Translations under genes and position numbers: made by a program | Notes under the pieces: generated by a model | Database searches by the model: none | Told to the model about the DNA's origin: nothing | What the model saw: only the letters and a program-made list of their open reading frames with translations | Origin: the human T2T-CHM13v2.0 reference genome, Homo sapiens | Length of the DNA stretch: 64,000 nt | Assembly: GCF_009914755.1 (NCBI RefSeq) | Contig: NC_060926.1 | Reading direction: 5' to 3' (one strand) | In this document: in pieces, positions 38,750-50,019 of the stretch | How the letters are laid out: the number at the start of each line of letters is the position of its first letter | Position numbering within the stretch: the stretch's first letter is position 1

Positions 38750-40620
38750 CAAGATTCACAGCCCCGCACACGGCCAGCCCCGCCCCCAGCCTTCTGGGCA
38801 CACACCTCGGGTCCGGCTCTGCTCCTGGCTGGGGGTCTCCTTGGCCTTCTTACAGGTGTACAGCCACTTGATGATGCGGGCGTTCCTCTCGATGACCGAA
38901 GTGGTGCTGGGCACCTGCTCTATCAGCTCCTCCTCCTGCAGCCCCTCGTCGTCGCCGCCGCTGTGCCGGGAGAAGCCGCTGCCGGAGGTGGCGACGCTCA
39001 CGCTGCGCACCTTGAGGGTCACACAGTCCGACCCCGCGGTGAAGTTCTCCCTCCCCAGGGCCTCCACCACCTCGGGGTCCAGGCCGCAGTACTGGAAGAA
39101 GGTGTCAGACTCGGCCAAGGCAGCGGAATAGCGGGAGCTGAGGTCCGACTGTGAGCGCTGCAGCCCCCGACGCCTCACCACCCGCGGCTCTGGCCCAGGG
39201 GGCGCGGCCGGGACACTGGAGGGCGCCGCGGACCGCGCGGCTGGGGCTGGGGTCTCGGGGGTTGCGGGGTCCGCCGCGGGGCCAGGAGTGGTCGGGACCG
39301 TCTCCGGGTTCCCGGCCTTGCCCTCGTCTCCCGTCCGGGGCACCGGCGCCTTGTCCTTACCCGGCCCCTGGAAGAGCTTCTTCACCAGGCTTGCCCTGGG
39401 GCCGTCGGCGCCCGATCCTCGCACGAATTCGCATTTCTGCCGGTAGATGATCAGCGAGTCCGGTCTCAACGGCTTCCGCGCAATAGCCCTGCGCGCCACC
39501 GGGGCCGGGGCGCGGGCCGGGGGCCCAGGGTCGTTCCCCGGGCACTTGATCGCCCCCGGGCCGCTGCCCTCGGAAGCGACGCCCCGGCCAGTCCCCGGCC
39601 GACCCCGCACATACTTGGCGCGATCCGCCGCCAGCCTCTCCACTGCGCTCCTGCGCGCCGGCCGCGCGGCGTCGGGGTCCCGGGTAGCCGCGGGGTCCCG
39701 GGGAAGGAGCCGCTCGTTCGGGGGCGCGCTCAGGGCCGCCAGGGCGCGCATCTTCGCGGGGAATGGACCGACCGGGGTTCCGGGTCCAGCGGAGACGCGC
39801 TCGAGTGGTAGAGCCAGTCAGTCCCAGGGCCGGTTCCGAAGTCCGCGCCGGGTGGGGAACGGCGCCCCAGTGCCCAGCTGCCCAGGCCCGGGGTTGGGGA
39901 GAACCGGAGTCTGCACCGATTGGCGAAACTCCCCAGTTCCCGCCCCTCCCGACCTCATCGCCCACACCGACTGGCACCGCCCCCGCCCCCGCCCGGTGCC
40001 CCGGCCCTGGCCGCGTCCCCGCATCCCCGCTCGTCCCCGCCCGTCCCCGCCTCCTCACTCCCGCCCGGGCCCGCCTCCCTGGCCGCTCTCCGGGTGCCAG
40101 CGCCCGCCCTCACCTCGCGTCCGGGGTCCCGGCCCTCACCTCCTGCCCGGTGCCGTCCCCGCCCCCCCTCACCTTCCGGCGGCGCTGCCAACCGCCTGGA
40201 GGACGCTGGGGCGAGCAGGCTCTGAACCCCCACTCGCTCAGCCCCAGATCCCCGAGGTCACTGCTGGACGCAGGCATTTCCGGGGAGGGGGAGCAGAGGG
40301 GACGTCCCCCCACCTCCCCCGGGCAGGTGCCTCACATCCTTTGAATTCTTAAAGTGACCTCATCGTGTTTGGAAACCTGACTGTTTAATTTTGTCTACCT
40401 GAGCTCATATTCTTATTAACAGAAAGGAATAGGACATAAGAGGAAAGAACACGCAGCGCACGCCAGGATCAGCCTACGTGTTGGGTGGCAAGAACGCAGG
40501 GCCTCGGATTGGGTCCGACTCGGTCGCTGGCCGGCAGCGGGCGTGGCCGGGCCCGAGGACCGAGCTAGGACTCGCAGTGGGGCAGGCTGGGGCCCCAGGC
40601 GCGGCTCAGTGGATTTGGAA
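38750..40620 (-). promoter_or_regulatory. FAM110C: FAM110C CpG island/promoter with GC boxes and CCAAT box
   Basis: Very high CpG density. Multiple GGGCGG boxes on the minus strand at ~39940-40170 and CCAATC on the minus strand at 39918-39923. Confidence 0.85.
38806..39751 (-). CDS. FAM110C: FAM110C coding exon 1 (FAM110 family, centrosome/microtubule-associated protein)
   Basis: ORF 38756..39751 MRALAALSAPP... carries FAM110 motifs SAVERLAADRAKYV, LRPDSLIIYRQKC, LQRSQSDLS, FFQYCGLD and SVIERNARIIKWLY. Kozak GCGAAGATG; donor CGAG|GTGTGT at 38805. Confidence 0.97.
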
Positions 40621-41522
40621 GAAGCCCAGCCAAGTGTCCAGAATCATTGCTATTTTTACGGTAACCGAGGCAACGGGGAAACCACGAGTTCACCAGGCAG
40701 TGGATCAGCCTAGGAATGCTAAGAGTCTAAGATAAAATACTTCCCAAACTCCATTATTTCAAAAATTTGGACAAAATACTAAAGTTATCTCTCAGACATG
40801 TGAAATGTTCACGTTATCGCGTTGTGAAGACAACTCCGTAACAGGCTGTGCTTTCAGCCTTGTGGTTGAACGCTCCGAGCAGCAGCAGCCCGGAAGGCAG
40901 GGAGGGCGACAGGTGCAGATGGGCCCCCAAAGTGGGCACGAACACCTCACCAACGAGGAAGAGGACCGCAGCAGGGTGGTGCTGAGTGGGCCTTGGGGGT
41001 CTTTAATCTCCTTAAGCCCCAGCGAAGCAAAATTTCATAGGGATAGTAGCACAACAATAAATCGCCTCCTGAAAGCCAGACCGCCCAGACAGCCTCGTTG
41101 GAACATGTAAGACTCATAGGAAAAGGAGTCTAGGCCAATAAAGTAGAGAGTGGGAGAAGAGAAGGAAGGATGCAGGGGTGGGGAGTGAAAGAGAGGGACA
41201 GAGATGGAGAAAGGGGGAGCTCCTGGGTTGCCACAGATGGTTTCCTACAGGATGCGGGAGGATGGGGCCTTGAGGTCTAAAGTCCAGCCTGCTCTCTGCT
41301 TGGCAAGCCTGTTCCCTAAGTCAGAGGAAAAAACCTTTTTAATTGTGTAGCCCAAAGTGTCTTCTTTTCCTAATTTGCACTACTTCATGGGCAACAGCAG
41401 CACTTCTAAGACAGAGAACTGCAAAGTACAGGACCTCTGGAATTTGACCCTGGGTCCACAATTTACCTTTGGACAGGTAACAAACGTTCCAGGTTGTTTT
41501 GTCACCTGTAAAAATTTCTGTT

Positions 41523-42390
41523 TTAAATTTACAAGAAAAGACAATCCCATTAAAAAGCGGACAAAGGACATGAACAGACACTTCTCAAAGGAAGACATTT
41601 ATGTGGCCAACAAACATATGAAAAAAGCTCAACATCATAGATCATTAGAGAGATGCAAATCAAAGCCAATGAAATACCATCTCACGCAAGTCAGAATGGC
41701 TGTTATAAAAAGTCAAGAAACAACAGATGCTAGAGAGGCTGCAGACAAATAGGAACGTTTTCACACATTGATGGGAATGTAAATTAGTTCAACTACTGTG
41801 GAAGACAGTGTGACAATTACTCAAAGACCTAGAACCAGAAATATCATTTGACCCAGCAATACCATTACTGAGTATACACCCAAAGAAATACAAATTATTG
41901 TCTTATGAAGATACATGCACACATATGTTCACTGCAGCACTACTCACAATGGCAAAGATGTAGAATCAACCCAAAGGCCCATTATAGACTGGACAAAGAA
42001 AATGTGATACATATACACCATGGAATACTATGCATCCATAAAAAATAATGAGATCATGTACTTTGCAGGGACATGGATGGAGCTGGAAGCCATTATCTTC
42101 AGCAAACTAACACAGGAACAGAAAACCAAACACCACATGTTCTCACTTATAAGCGGGAGACGAACAATGAGAACACATGGACACAGGGAGGGCAACAACA
42201 CACACTGGGGCCTGGTGGGAGGTGGGGAGACAGAGGGGGAGAGAGAGCATCAGGAAAAATAGCTAATGCATGCTAGGCTTAATACTTAGGTGATGGGATG
42301 ATAGGTGCAGCAAACCACCATGACATATGTTTACCTATATAATAAATCTGCACATCCTGAACATGTACCCCAGAACTTAAAATCAAATAA
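41523..42390 (+). mobile_element. L1PA/L1PB 3' fragment
   Basis: ORF2 C-terminal peptides (KDMNRHFSKEDIYVANKHMKK) followed by 3' UTR. Confidence 0.92.
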
Positions 42391-42822
42391 ACATATTTTA
42401 AGCTGATAACTTTAATCACATACAGAAATTCTACCTCCTTACAGCTCCTCCCTGCTCCCACTTATCTTATTGGTGTCACAAATTAGATCTTTATATATTG
42501 GATACGCATTAACATAGATTTATACTCTTTTTCTTTTGATTCTTGTAACAGAATAAAAAGTGAAATTTTAGCCCCCTCCCAAAAAAATCGCTGTTTTTAT
42601 AGCTTAGAACATTCATTGCTTCATAGTGAGCACTAAATAAATGTTAACCTAAAAGACCTAGGCTTAGCTCCCTGCTCAATTCTACCTCCTGGAGAGGCTG
42701 GAACATTCCACCTCTCACTGACTGTGATCACTCATCTGTAAATGGGAGCTCATTAGACCCACCTGATAGAGTATTTATTAAAGTTAATGAGATTGCTTAT
42801 AAAGCAAACACAATTTTGAACG

Positions 42823-43865
42823 CTGGCCTTGGCAAAGAATGTATAAGTCCCCAAAAGCAATTGAAACAAAAGCAGAAATTGACAAGTGGGACATAATTAA
42901 ACTAAAGTGCTTCTGCACAGTAAAAGCAACTATCAACAGAGTAAATAGCCTACTAACTGGAAGAAAATCCAACGAAGTCTTAATATCTGGAATCTACAAG
43001 GAATTTGAACAAATCAGCAAGCAAAACCCAAAAACCCTATTAAAAAATAGGCAAAGGACATGAACAGACACTTCTCAAAAGAGGACATACAAGTGGCCAA
43101 CAAATATATATAAAAAGTTTACCATCACTAATCATTAGAGAAATGCAAATCAAAACCACCATGAAGTATCATCTCACACCAGTAAGAAAGGCTATTACTT
43201 AAAAGTCAAAAGATAACAGATGCTGGCAGGGCTACACAGAAAAGGGAACACTTATACACTGCTGATGAGAATGTAAATTAGTACAGCCACTGTGGAAAGC
43301 GGTGTGGAGATTTCTCAAGAGCTTAGAACTATCATTCCACCCAAAAATCCCACTATTGGGTATGGACCCAAAAGAAAATAAATCATTCTAACAAAAAGAC
43401 ATATGCATGCATGTAGTCATTGCAGCACTATTCATAATAACAAAGACATGGAATCAACGAAGATGCCCATCAGTGGTGGACTGGGTAAAGAAAATGTGCT
43501 ACATATACACCATAGAATACTATGCAGCCATTAAAAAAGAGTGAAATCATGTCCTTTGCAGCAACATGCATTTAGCTAGAGGCCATTATCCTAAGCAAAC
43601 TAATTCAGGAAGAGAAAACCAGATCCCACATATAAGTGGGAGCTAAACATTGAGTACATATAGACACAGAGAACGGAACAATAGATACTGGGGACTGCTT
43701 GATCGTGGGAGGGTGAGGAGAGGGCATAGGTTGGAAGGCTATCTGTGGGTACTATGCTCACTATCCTAGTGATGGGATCATTTGTACACCAAGCATCAGT
43801 GACCCACAATCTACCCATGTAACAAACCTGCACATGTACTCACTGAACCTAAATTTAAAAAAAAA
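42823..43865 (+). mobile_element. L1PA/L1PB 3' fragment
   Basis: KAEIDKWDIIKLKCFC ORF2 remnant, 3' UTR and A tail. Confidence 0.92.
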
Positions 43866-44503
43866 GTAAAACTACTATAACATTGTATTTAAGACTTACT
43901 GCTATTAGACAAAACTAATTATATTTATATTCATGATATTTCATGTATTAAGCAAATAATTTACTAGAAAAATGGAACTGATAAATATAATATTGATGAG
44001 AATTATCTAAATAAGTTGTTCTTGTTGCTCAACTGATAGTGTCATCTTTGTGTCCATTTCCTTTCTAGAATCACTTCAAAAGACTTGGTCAGAGCAGGAA
44101 AAAATGCTTAAGGACTCAATAATCTAGGAACTCTACTCCCAGGAATGTATTCTAAGGAACAGATAAGAGATGTGTGCACCGCATGAAGATATTCATTGCA
44201 GTCAAATGGGGGAGGTCAACCTACATGCAAGTACAGGAGGAAGGCTGGAGGATGTATGACTTACCTGTGGGTGGAGTATTATGCATCCATTTACAGTCAT
44301 GCTTCCAGAGTGTTTTTCAGAGTGGGAAGTGATTGTGATGTGTATGAAATTTTAAAAATAGCATGAATATAGAAGCAGTCCTCAGCATACAGTCCAGGGA
44401 ATGTGGGGGCTCCTGATATCTTTTTGGGAGGTCTATGAGGTCAAAATTACTTTCATTGATACCAAGCAACAGGCTTCATGCCCAAAGTCCATAGAACTAG
44501 TGC

Positions 44504-44920
44504 TAATATAGTTTGGATGTTTGTCAATTCCAAATCTCATGTTGAAATGTGCTTGCCAACTTTGGAGGTGGGGCCTGGTGGGAGGGATTTGACAGTAGGG
44601 GTAGATCCCTTATGAATGGTTAGCCCTGTCCTCTTGGTGATGAATGAGTTCTTGCTCAGTCAGTTCATGGAGATCTGGTTGTTTAAAAATCTGGGACATC
44701 CCTCCCCTCTCTCTCTTGCTCCTGCCTTCACCATGTGACAAGCCTGCTCCTGTTTCACCTTCCACCATGATTGTAAACTTCTTGCCCTCACCACAAGCAG
44801 AGAAGATGTTGGTGCCATGCTTGTATGGAATGCAGAACCATGAGCCAATTAGACCTCTTTTCTTTATAATTACTCAGCCTCGGGTGTTTCTTTATAGTGA
44901 TGCAAAAACAGACTGATATA
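44504..44920 (+). mobile_element. MSTB-like MaLR LTR nested in an ERV1-type LTR (~44457-45221)
   Basis: Termini TAATATAGTTTGGATGTTTGTC...CAGACTGATATA. Confidence 0.8.
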
Positions 44921-45399
44921 AATACTATGGCTCTGGCTTTTGAGAAAAGATAAAGCTTTACTGTGAGTTGACTGGCAAGGAGACAGAAGGCAACACTCAG
45001 ATCTGTCTCCCTGATCTTGGGGTGGGTAAAGCTTTTATGGCATTTCTAAGTAGTCCCAGGTGATGCCAATGCAGCTGGCCTGCCGGGCTAGTGGTGTAAA
45101 GAGTTAGGTTAAATCTTTTTCATTGCACATGCCCGGGATACATGACTTGCAGTTTTGGCTCTGTGCTACCTATAACAACTTATGCAATGGTAAATTGGCT
45201 TAAGTTGTTACCATGGTTACAAGACTAAGAATTGAATTGTCTTTTCTTTCTCCATTTCTTATGAGTATATAGTGGAGTTATCAAGAACCTAGTGACTGCT
45301 GAAATGCCAGAATATTTAGAGCTAATAATGTGTGCATTCAAAACATTTATCAGGCCAGATTTGGCAGCTCATGCCTGTGGTCCTAGCACTTTGGGAGGC

Positions 45400-45811
45400 C
45401 GATATGGTTTGGATCTGTGTCCCCATCAAATCTCATGTAAAATTGTAATCCCCAGTGTTGGAGGTGGGGCCTGGTGGGAAGTGACTGGATCATGAGGGCG
45501 GAGTTCTCATGAATGGTTTAGCGCCGTCCCCACTTGGTACTGTATAGTGAGGAAGTTCTCACGAGATCTGGTTGCTTAAAAGTGTGGGGCACTTCCCCCA
45601 CTCTCTTTCTCGGTCCTGCTACTGCCATGTAAGATACCTGCTCCCACTTTGTCCTCTGCCATCAGTAAAAGCTCCCTGAGCCCTCCCCAGAAGCAAATGC
45701 TGCCATGCTTCATGCATAGTCTGCAGAACTTGAGCCAATCAAACTTCTTTTCTTTAGAAATTACCTAGTCTCAGGTATTTCTTTATAGCAATGTGAGAAT
45801 AGATGAATACA
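45400..45811 (+). mobile_element. MSTA-like MaLR LTR inserted into an Alu monomer (45353-45399 + 45812-45908)
   Basis: 5-bp TSD GAGGC at 45395-45399 and 45812-45816. Alu sequence resumes in register. Confidence 0.88.
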
Positions 45812-46189
45812 GAGGCTAAGGCAGGTGAATTATTTGAGGCCAGAAGTTTGAGACCAGCCTGAGCAATATAGCAAGACCCGCATCTCTTAAAAAAAGTAAA
45901 AAAAAAATTAAAAAGTATTGATCAACTTATATTTTAATATAGTAGATATTAATAGATATAAGCCATTAAACCAAAGCTTATTAAGACCTTCAATAACTTT
46001 TAAGAGTGTTAAAGAGGTGTTGAGAATAAAATGTTTAAGAATTATTGGTATATATTATAAGAATAAATATTAAAACTGTGTAAGTACAGGGAAAAATGAC
46101 AGGCAAGCACACATTGAGTTTTTTCTCATTTATTCATTAAAGAAACATTACTGAGTCCATATTAGGTGCCAAGTGTTCGACTCCATACT

Positions 46190-47400
46190 TTCAAATTTGT
46201 CAACTGATAGAAAACTAGGAACAGGAGAGAAATTCCTAAAATTGTTAAAGGGGCTCTATCCTTACCTTCAGCACCATACTTAGTGGTGGATTTTTAAAGC
46301 ATTCTATAAAGATAGTAACAACATAAGGATACACATTATTGTCCATGTTAGTCAAATGTACTGGGCTTTCTAGCCAGTAAATAGAGAAAAAAAATAACTA
46401 CAGAGTATAAAGACTGGGGGAAACAAAGAGGCAAAATTCCCCTTATAACAGGCAATGTAATTGACTATTTCAAACCTCCAAGAGACTGGACATAGTATTA
46501 GAACTAACAAGACATTTCAACAAGATTGTTGGACAAAGAACACATGCAAAGATAAAGAATATTCATAAACACTAGCAATAATCAATTTAAAAATGTACCA
46601 GGAAAAATAATCAAGACATAATACTAAGAAAATCCATATGGAATCTGGTAATACATCTCAAAAAGACACAAGACATGCTTATAGAATATTATAAAATATT
46701 TTGACAGATATAAATGAAGAGATAAATAAATAGATGTGCCACATTCAAGGATAGTCAGAATCAACATTGTAATGATGTGAATCGTCTTAAATTTTTTTTA
46801 AAGAGGAACTCAATGCAATTAGAGACAAAACCCTAGGCTGGGTGCAATGGCTCATATCTTAATCTGAGCACTTTGGGAGACTGAGGCAGGAGGATCGCTT
46901 GAGACCAGGAGTTCAAGAAACAAAATTCCAACTTTTTTCTTCATAGAACTTGACAAAAATTTCAAAAAATTATTTGCAAGAGTAAAGGTGCAATGCATTG
47001 TGTAATATGGTAACCGTTAACCACATGTTGCTATTAAGCCTTTGAAATGTGGAGAGTCTGAGTTAAGATGTTGTGTGTTACATTTTATATTGAAGAAATG
47101 GTATTTCATATATACTGATTTAAATTAAATATATTATTAAAATTTTTTAAAAGTAATAAATGTCCAAAAATAGTTAAGAAAATTTTGAAAAAAAATGAAA
47201 ACAAGAAGGAAACTTTTTTTGCAAAACAGCTATCTAAGATTTGTTATAAAATTATAGTAACAAAGTATGATAGTGTTGCAGAGATAGACAAAAAGTCAGT
47301 TAAAAAATAGCCTCAAATTATATATAATATAGGGAGCATTTAAGTCAGTAGGGGAAAGGTAAACGATCATAAAAAATGGCTTAGAGACAACTATCTGTCT
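46190..47400 (+). mobile_element. Ancient L1M ORF2 fragments with a small Alu fragment (46836-46918)
   Basis: A-rich degenerate L1 ORF2-like sequence. Confidence 0.55.
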
Positions 47401-48262
47401 ACACTACAGCAGCCCCATGCTAGGGGAAGGCTCAGGAGAATTCAGCTGAGGTGGCATCCAAGAAGGAGAAAAGGTGATCAAACATGACAACCATTACAGA
47501 GACATGAGGATGAGTAGCTCATCTCTGGAGGCTCTACCATGGTGAATATCCCATGGTGTGGTTTCAGTTGAGCGACAGGTATAGAAGCTGGTTTATGCTG
47601 AGTTAATTAGAGGATAGGTGGTGAAGTACTGAAACATATAAGAGTAAGGTCATTTTCCAAGGATTTGAGGGAGGAAAAATATGTATGCAAAATAACCTGA
47701 AAAGGTGGCCACAAGACAGAAGCTACTTTGGTTGGTGAGAGCTGCACATATTGTAAACAAAAGGAAAGAACCCGTACTGAATGTGCATATGGAAGAGGAG
47801 ATGGCTGATTGGTTAAAGTACTTCTGGAGGTGGAAGCGGATAATATTTAGATGCTGAAAGAGGACTATTAATTCCAGAGAGAAAATAGTGCAATAGAGTT
47901 CAGTTTGTCTATGAACAAAATAAAACAAACCATAAATAGTCCTCTTTCTCATCTCCACACACACCGTCTGGGTTAGTCTTAACAGACCCCATAAGAAAAA
48001 ATTCAAAGGAGGGTATTTAAAATGAAAAGAGGATACTGAGATTTGGCTTTTGTTAAGATAAGATATAATTGACTGTAGAAAATATGCCACTAAAATTAAG
48101 ATTAAACTACATTTTGCAGCATAAGAGTAAACCAAGTTGTTTTCTAAATGTAGTAATTAAATCAATTAAGAAAAAAAATCTATCAAAATAGGTGAAATCC
48201 AACCACTGAAACCTCACTAGTTTATGTTACAGCAAGCCCACAGGAAAAAATCACAATGGCAT

Positions 48263-48850
48263 CTGCAAGAAACACGCTTGCCCGTCCAAACTCAAAGAAT
48301 GGACTCAGGGACAGGGAGAACAGCAGAAGCGAGACTTTAATGGCGGTTTCACGAGATCAAGTGTTTGGCATGCAGGCACACCCTGAACAGTTTTAACAAG
48401 CAATTTATTCCCTAGTGTGCAAGTCCCTCCCCCAGTTCCTCATTGGCTGAGTATATGGGGGTTACAATCTTCCTGGACACTGCCTATTGGTAGTTGTGTT
48501 AAGGCTTCAAGTGTGTTTTTTAGGGTCTTTCTGCTGCATTTTATTGCCGCCCATAATGCATTGTGACTGTCTCAGGACTTTTTAAACATTTGACCTATGG
48601 CCCTAGTGGCTGCACCTAACTGCTAAGAAAGAGTACAATTACCGATGCTGCAAGCTTGCCTAAACTAAATTTTTTGGTGGGGTGGGAGGGGGTGGTTAAG
48701 TGGGCCCTGACTGATAGGTGCCTGGCCACTGGTTGAAAGGGAAAGCAAGAAGGGGGTGGTGACTTAGTACATTCTGCTTCTTTATTCCTTTGTAGTCTGT
48801 TTAAACCTACATTAAGTCACTTATAATTGAAAATGGACCACCACATATAG
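48263..48850 (-). mobile_element. ERV solo LTR (subfamily uncertain)
   Basis: Terminus TGCAAGAAACACGCTTGCCCGTCCAAACTCAAAGAATGGACTC and ATTGG (CCAAT) boxes. Confidence 0.55.
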
Positions 48851-50019
48851 GTTATTTTCTATAGTATTCAATCTTATCATCATCATTTGGTCAAAACAAC
48901 TCTGGGTAAAGACTTTAGGGAAATCTTTTACAGGTGAAACATCAAATTTCCAGAGGGTATTCTTGTCTTTTATATTTATTCTTTTTCTATTTTTTAAGAA
49001 GAATAAACTTTGAATATAAAATGCCCATGCATATTTAGTAAGTTTCCCTCCCAATCCAGGTGAAGTTGACACTGGTGCTGATATGGGCAGTTCAAGCATG
49101 TAAAAAAATATGCTCAAGTGTAACTATTATTATAAAGCCTCTCACATACTACGAAAGTAAACATCATCCACTGTGGGAACACATAATTGTCTTGTTCAGT
49201 GCACTTTAGAAGTAGTAATGAGTAGAGATTAGAAACCAAATCATGAGTAATACTGGACAGATGAGCTCTCACTGCTGAGTATAAAGCTATATTAAAATAA
49301 AACCACTACTGAGGATGTCATCAAGATGACTGACTAGAGGAACCCAGCACTCACTCTTCCACAGAGAAGAAACAGATAACCACACACTGAACAGAATGTC
49401 TAAGGGAGAACACTGGAATTCAGTAAGGGAGTGACGAAGACACTCTGAGGCATGGAGACTCAGGACGGTGGCATAGAATGGAAGCAAAGCAGCCATCTGG
49501 TTCTTGGCTTTGGTTGAAAGCCAAGAGGGAATACTCACGGTAGGAAAAAGGTGAACAAGAGATCTCCAGCAGTCCATTCATACCACAGACATTTGCAATC
49601 CTGGCTGCAGGAGTGCCCTACAGCATTCACAGGCCCTGAGTCCAGTATGAGGAGCTGCCTAGAGTCCTTGCAACTGCATTATTCCAGAGAGGAAATTCAT
49701 GCTGGGTTGACCCCAATTCCTGGGACCCAGGCTACTGCAACATGGCAAATTTTGAGAGCTCAGCCACCACCAGAGTGCATCATGCCCAGGTGTAGAGTTT
49801 GTTTTCATGCTGCTAATAAAGACATACCCAAGACTGGGTAGTTTATAAAGGAAAGCAGTTTCATTAGCTTACAGCTCCACATGGCTGGGGAAGCCTCACA
49901 GTCCTGGAAGAAGGCGAACAAGGAGCAAAGTCACGTCTTACATGGTGGCAGGCAAGAGGGCTTGTGCAGGGGAACTCCCATTTATAAAACCATCAGATCT
50001 TGTGAGACTTATTCACTAC

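Larger units (their letters stand above)
44375..46048 (+). mobile_element. Charlie1-like hAT transposon fragmented by nested insertions
   Basis: Pieces at ~44375-44460, ~45222-45350 and ~45910-46048 follow the recalled Charlie1 consensus order. Confidence 0.55.

Noticed and set aside
38544-40352. Antisense and alternative-frame ORFs (195, 233, 301, 193 aa) over FAM110C
   Set aside because: Expected from stop-codon scarcity in a CpG island. Low complexity with no family motifs.
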